DNA of 63,480 bases, filler included, from Olpidium bornovanus S191 (lineage: Eukaryota > Fungi > Olpidiomycota): NCBI GenBank assembly GCA_017911155.1. It is 26 parts of 26 records of this genome, joined end to end, with 100 filler letters (N's around TTAATTAATTAA, not from the genome) between each part and the next. Parts side by side here need not be neighbours in the genome. Positions count along the whole stretch, not along the records: positions 59,955 to 62,360 come from JAEFCI010000367.1; positions 62,461 to 63,480 come from JAEFCI010002337.1; 24 more parts are not named here. One strand, written 5' to 3'. Within the stretch, counting starts at the first letter, position 1, and each line of letters starts with the position of its first letter. Below, in pieces: positions 60,390-63,480 of this stretch. Position numbers and translations under genes: made by a program. The notes beneath the pieces were generated by a model. That model was not told the DNA's origin and searched no databases. It saw only the letters and a list, made by a program, of their open reading frames with translations.

Positions 60390-62360
60390 ATGTCGTCGCG
60401 GACTCCTCCCCGTCCTGACAACGACCGCGGTCGCCGCAGCACCCACCGGGCGCCCTCGCCCTCCGCCGCGCATCGGGGCGGCGGCAGCGGCGGCGCGCCC
60501 TCCGGCGCAAGCGCGGCTTCAGACGCCGCGCACGCGCGCGGTCCGGACGGGCACGCCGCCGCGGTGGCCTTTTCTCTGAAGCGGAAGAAGCTGCCGGGGC
60601 CTTCCAGAAGCTCGCCGTTTCCCTCGTTGGCTGGGGCCGCTGACGACGACCGTACGAAGAAACGACGGCGGAGGGGCGTGGACAGCGCATTCGCGGACGA
60701 GGGCGACGACGGCGAAGGCGATCGCAGCGGGACTCGGGAGGGCGGCGACATCGAGCTGATCACGGGCTTCAAGGATCGCCAGACCCAGAGGTGGGTGGGT
60801 TGTTTGCTTCTGGACGGACGTCCTTTAGAAGCTTCTTCGAACAGTCATGACCGCCGCCGTGCCGTTTTTGACGGTCTTTCTACCGCCACTCCAGTCTTAT
60901 TCCAAAGGAAGTTAAGCCCCCTCTCGTCATACCGGTTCAGCCGAACACGCACACGAGGTTGCGAAGACCAGGCTACCTGCCCGAGTCGCAGGTGTCAACA
61001 ACAAAGGCGTTCGGCGGGGCCGGCGGCGGCGCGCCGACCGTGCTGGATAACGTGGGGGCGACATACGGACTGCAGCGGGCGCCTAGGAAGCCACCACCAG
61101 TGCTCGACGAACGGCGCGACGCCGCGGCGAACGAGCCGCACGAAGGAGCGGAGCGGAAGGAAGAGGAAGACGAAGCCTGCCTTACGCCCGAGCAGCTACT
61201 CGAACGAAAAGCGGAACGGGAGCTTCGGGAGGAGTCGCAGTCGCGGGACAAAGGGAAGGATGGCCATCACTCGGCGCTCGCTGATCTCGTCGTGGTCATC
61301 GAGAATGACGCCGCCGGCGCGGCGATTGACGAGGCAGGACGGTACAGGGCTGACGTGGCGACTTGCCCCGACGAGGGGGGGCGAGAGTTCTCTGACTTCT
61401 GGCGCGCGGTGGTGAAACGGCGCGTTGTCGCCTAGATTCGCGTTGTTTTGATCGTGGCTCATTGGAATCGACCCGCCCCATTTAGGCCACACTGGATGAC
61501 TACGAACGAATCCCTGTCTCCGCATTTGGCGCAGCGGTGCTACGCGGCATGGGGTGGAAGGAAGGTTGCGTTATCGGGAAAAACGTTCGGAATGCGTAAG
61601 TTTACAGCGGGAGTCTTGCTCTGGTCGCTTCTTGCCAATTCAAGCGCTTTTGCGTGCGCCGATTGATGTCGCCGGATCTGCGGACTCCAATCTGACTGCC
61701 TCGACGCACACGTCTATGCGCAGCCTCGTGAGACCTGTTGAGTTCCTCCAGCGGCCAAAGCTACTTGGTTTAGGCGCGCAACCAATCGCCCCGTCTGCGG
61801 CGACGGTGTCGAAGAAGATGTTGAAGCCTGGGGAGACTAGGGAGTCCAAGAATTTTGTTGAGCATCGGTCTCGAAATGGTTTGTAGAATCGCAAACCGAT
61901 AGTATATTTGGCATGTAAAATTCAAATACATGATGATTAGCCCTGACTAAGGTGTGTGGAAAGTGCCAGAGAACCGTGATATCTCTGCCATTACCTTATC
62001 CGGCTTCTCGGTGTGGTTTCCCAACCACCACGTTTTTGTTCCTTACAGGAAGCACCCGCATGCTCGCGGCAGCAACGGAGTGTAATGCGTCAGTTGCAAA
62101 ACCGACCAACGTCTACGGAGCGGCCAGTACAAAAGCCCTTGTCACTTTGAGTCCTCATCTTTGCAACGCAGCCAGGCTACAAGCGAATTTACGGCGATTC
62201 TGCACGATCCGGAACCGGTTTGCTGAGCCGCGTGCCTGCCCACATTCCCTTTTCACCAGGGAAATCTCCGGGAGAAACAATGTGTTGTTATTTCCACTTG
62301 CCGATCCAAATGCACCTCTCTTTGTTGGAGCTGGATTACTCCGCGGCTCACACAAACATG
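60390..62360 (+). CDS. SPP2: Spp2/GPKOW G-patch spliceosomal protein, multi-exon; likely continues past the contig
   Basis: IELITGFKD, LTPEQLLERKA, DEAGRYRADVATCPDE|ATLDDYERIPVSAFGAAVLRGMGWKEG and RPKLLGLGA are the Spp2/GPKOW G-patch signature. A possible KOW start (LFVGAGLLRGSHKH) lies at the contig end and is uncertain. Confidence 0.88.
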
Positions 62361-63480
62361 NNNNNNNNNNNNNNNNNNNNNNNNNNNNNNNNNNNNNNNN
62401 NNNNTTAATTAATTAANNNNNNNNNNNNNNNNNNNNNNNNNNNNNNNNNNNNNNNNNNNNAGAGTTCATTGAAATGCTCTTCGAAGGATTGCCTGAAATC
62501 TCTGTCAAGGCCTCCCGCCTCAAAATCACTGAATACTCCCGGAATTGGTCCTGAATGAGGCTTCCGAGCAGTGCATTCATGATGATCTTGGAGTGGAGGT
62601 TGAGGGCCTTCGACTTCTCGAGCCTGCGGAGCTCATACAGAGTGCTCATGAATTTTTTTTTTTTAGTTTTTCCAGAGAAAATCCTCTTCTTGCCGGTCGC
62701 ACTTTTCGTTGAGCACCGGTCTGTTCTGCCGCGGCCTCCAGGACCCCCACCTAATTTTCAGCCGGAAGAATGACGCGCTGCGGTTCCGACGGGTTGCGCC
62801 CCCGCGGACGAGGCGAGATCCCGTTGCTTTGCTGCGACGGTGATTCGGGCTGCATGTATCTCGGCTTCCGTGAGGACTGTGGGTTGCAGCCTCCCGTTGT
62901 GGAAATTATACCCATGACTCCCTTCCCTCGCGCGCACCGCTCGCGGCCCTTTTGTCCGCTCGAGCCTGATGTTGACGCGACTGGGGACCGACACGCCGGC
63001 GCCTGGCTATCAACGAAGATTTGCGGAGCTTGACGATTCTCATGGCCACATAATGCTGATCATGTCGCAACGTGACAAACCCGACTGTCAGCGGCAAAAA
63101 ACCCAACCACCTGACTTTTCAACACCCTCCCCCTCTCGGTCTGACCGAAAATCCACACGACCTGCTTTTTTTAGGGAACCCTAGTTTCATTGGTCGGAAC
63201 AGGGAGGTGTGACCTGGAATTCAGTGCTCCCTGGTAGAAAGCAAAACTGTATTGCGGGGGGGGGGGTCAAAATTGTATTGCTGAGAAGGAGGGCTTCGGC
63301 GGACCGTGCGTAGCGACCGTCCGACCAGGAACAGCAATGACCGGCGTCGCGGCGCGACCGGAGGGTGGAAGTTAATCTGTACAGAATTCTACAGTGTTTT
63401 CACATCATTATATTTCACTGTTCGTCGTTATCACCCCCAGAGAAACTGCTCGAGCGCCACCTGGTGGTGCTCCATGAGAT

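Noticed and set aside
10391-62360. Apparent RNA-processing cluster (SmB, CBP80, SPP2, RRM protein, eIF3i) or ciliary cluster (CCDC61, OFD1-like)
   Set aside because: All on separate contigs; ordinary conserved genes sampled from a fragmented genome.
3694-62416. Recurring TTAATTAATTAA between variable segments, superficially a CRISPR-like or dispersed repeat
   Set aside because: Always centred in exactly 44+44 N; it is a scaffolding spacer, and the intervening segments are kb-sized gene fragments.
62461-63480. ORFs 62413-62649 and 62758-62994 as possible mobile-element remnants
   Set aside because: No diagnostic RT, integrase or transposase motif visible.

Overview
This is not a contiguous locus. 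It is an artificial pseudo-scaffold of 26 short contigs (about 1.0-5.5 kb) joined by 25 identical 100-nt spacers (44 N + TTAATTAATTAA + 44 N, stops in all six frames), so adjacency across spacers carries no biological meaning. The DNA is eukaryotic: GT-AG introns, GC- and CpG-rich, with many homopolymer and microsatellite runs. It looks fungal (Vms1-, Rsc9-, Spp2-like proteins) and probably comes from a flagellated, zoosporic lineage, since it has a clear CCDC61/VFL3 basal-body gene and a possible OFD1 tail. An Olpidium-like draft genome is a plausible but unverified guess. Recognisable genes, mostly partial, are eIF3i, a SNF2 C-terminus resembling DNMT5, SIN3, SmB, RER1, a RUN-domain protein, CCDC61, two V-ATPase subunit-a paralogs, MPDU1, RSC9/ARID2, CBP80, a complete secreted cupredoxin, a kelch single-pass membrane protein, VMS1, MRM1, a 3xRRM protein and SPP2/GPKOW. 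There is also tRNA-Thr(AGT), a 3' tRNA half, and Gypsy and Copia remnants. The strongest sequence-level discovery is a 588-bp solo LTR (TG...CA, 10-bp terminal inverted repeat, 5-bp target-site duplication) nested in a Gypsy reverse transcriptase. The most biologically interesting leads are the DNMT5-like methyltransferase-ATPase and the centriolar genes in an early-diverging fungus. I see no supportable novel multi-gene system. All protein identifications come from motif recognition by eye, not database searches.
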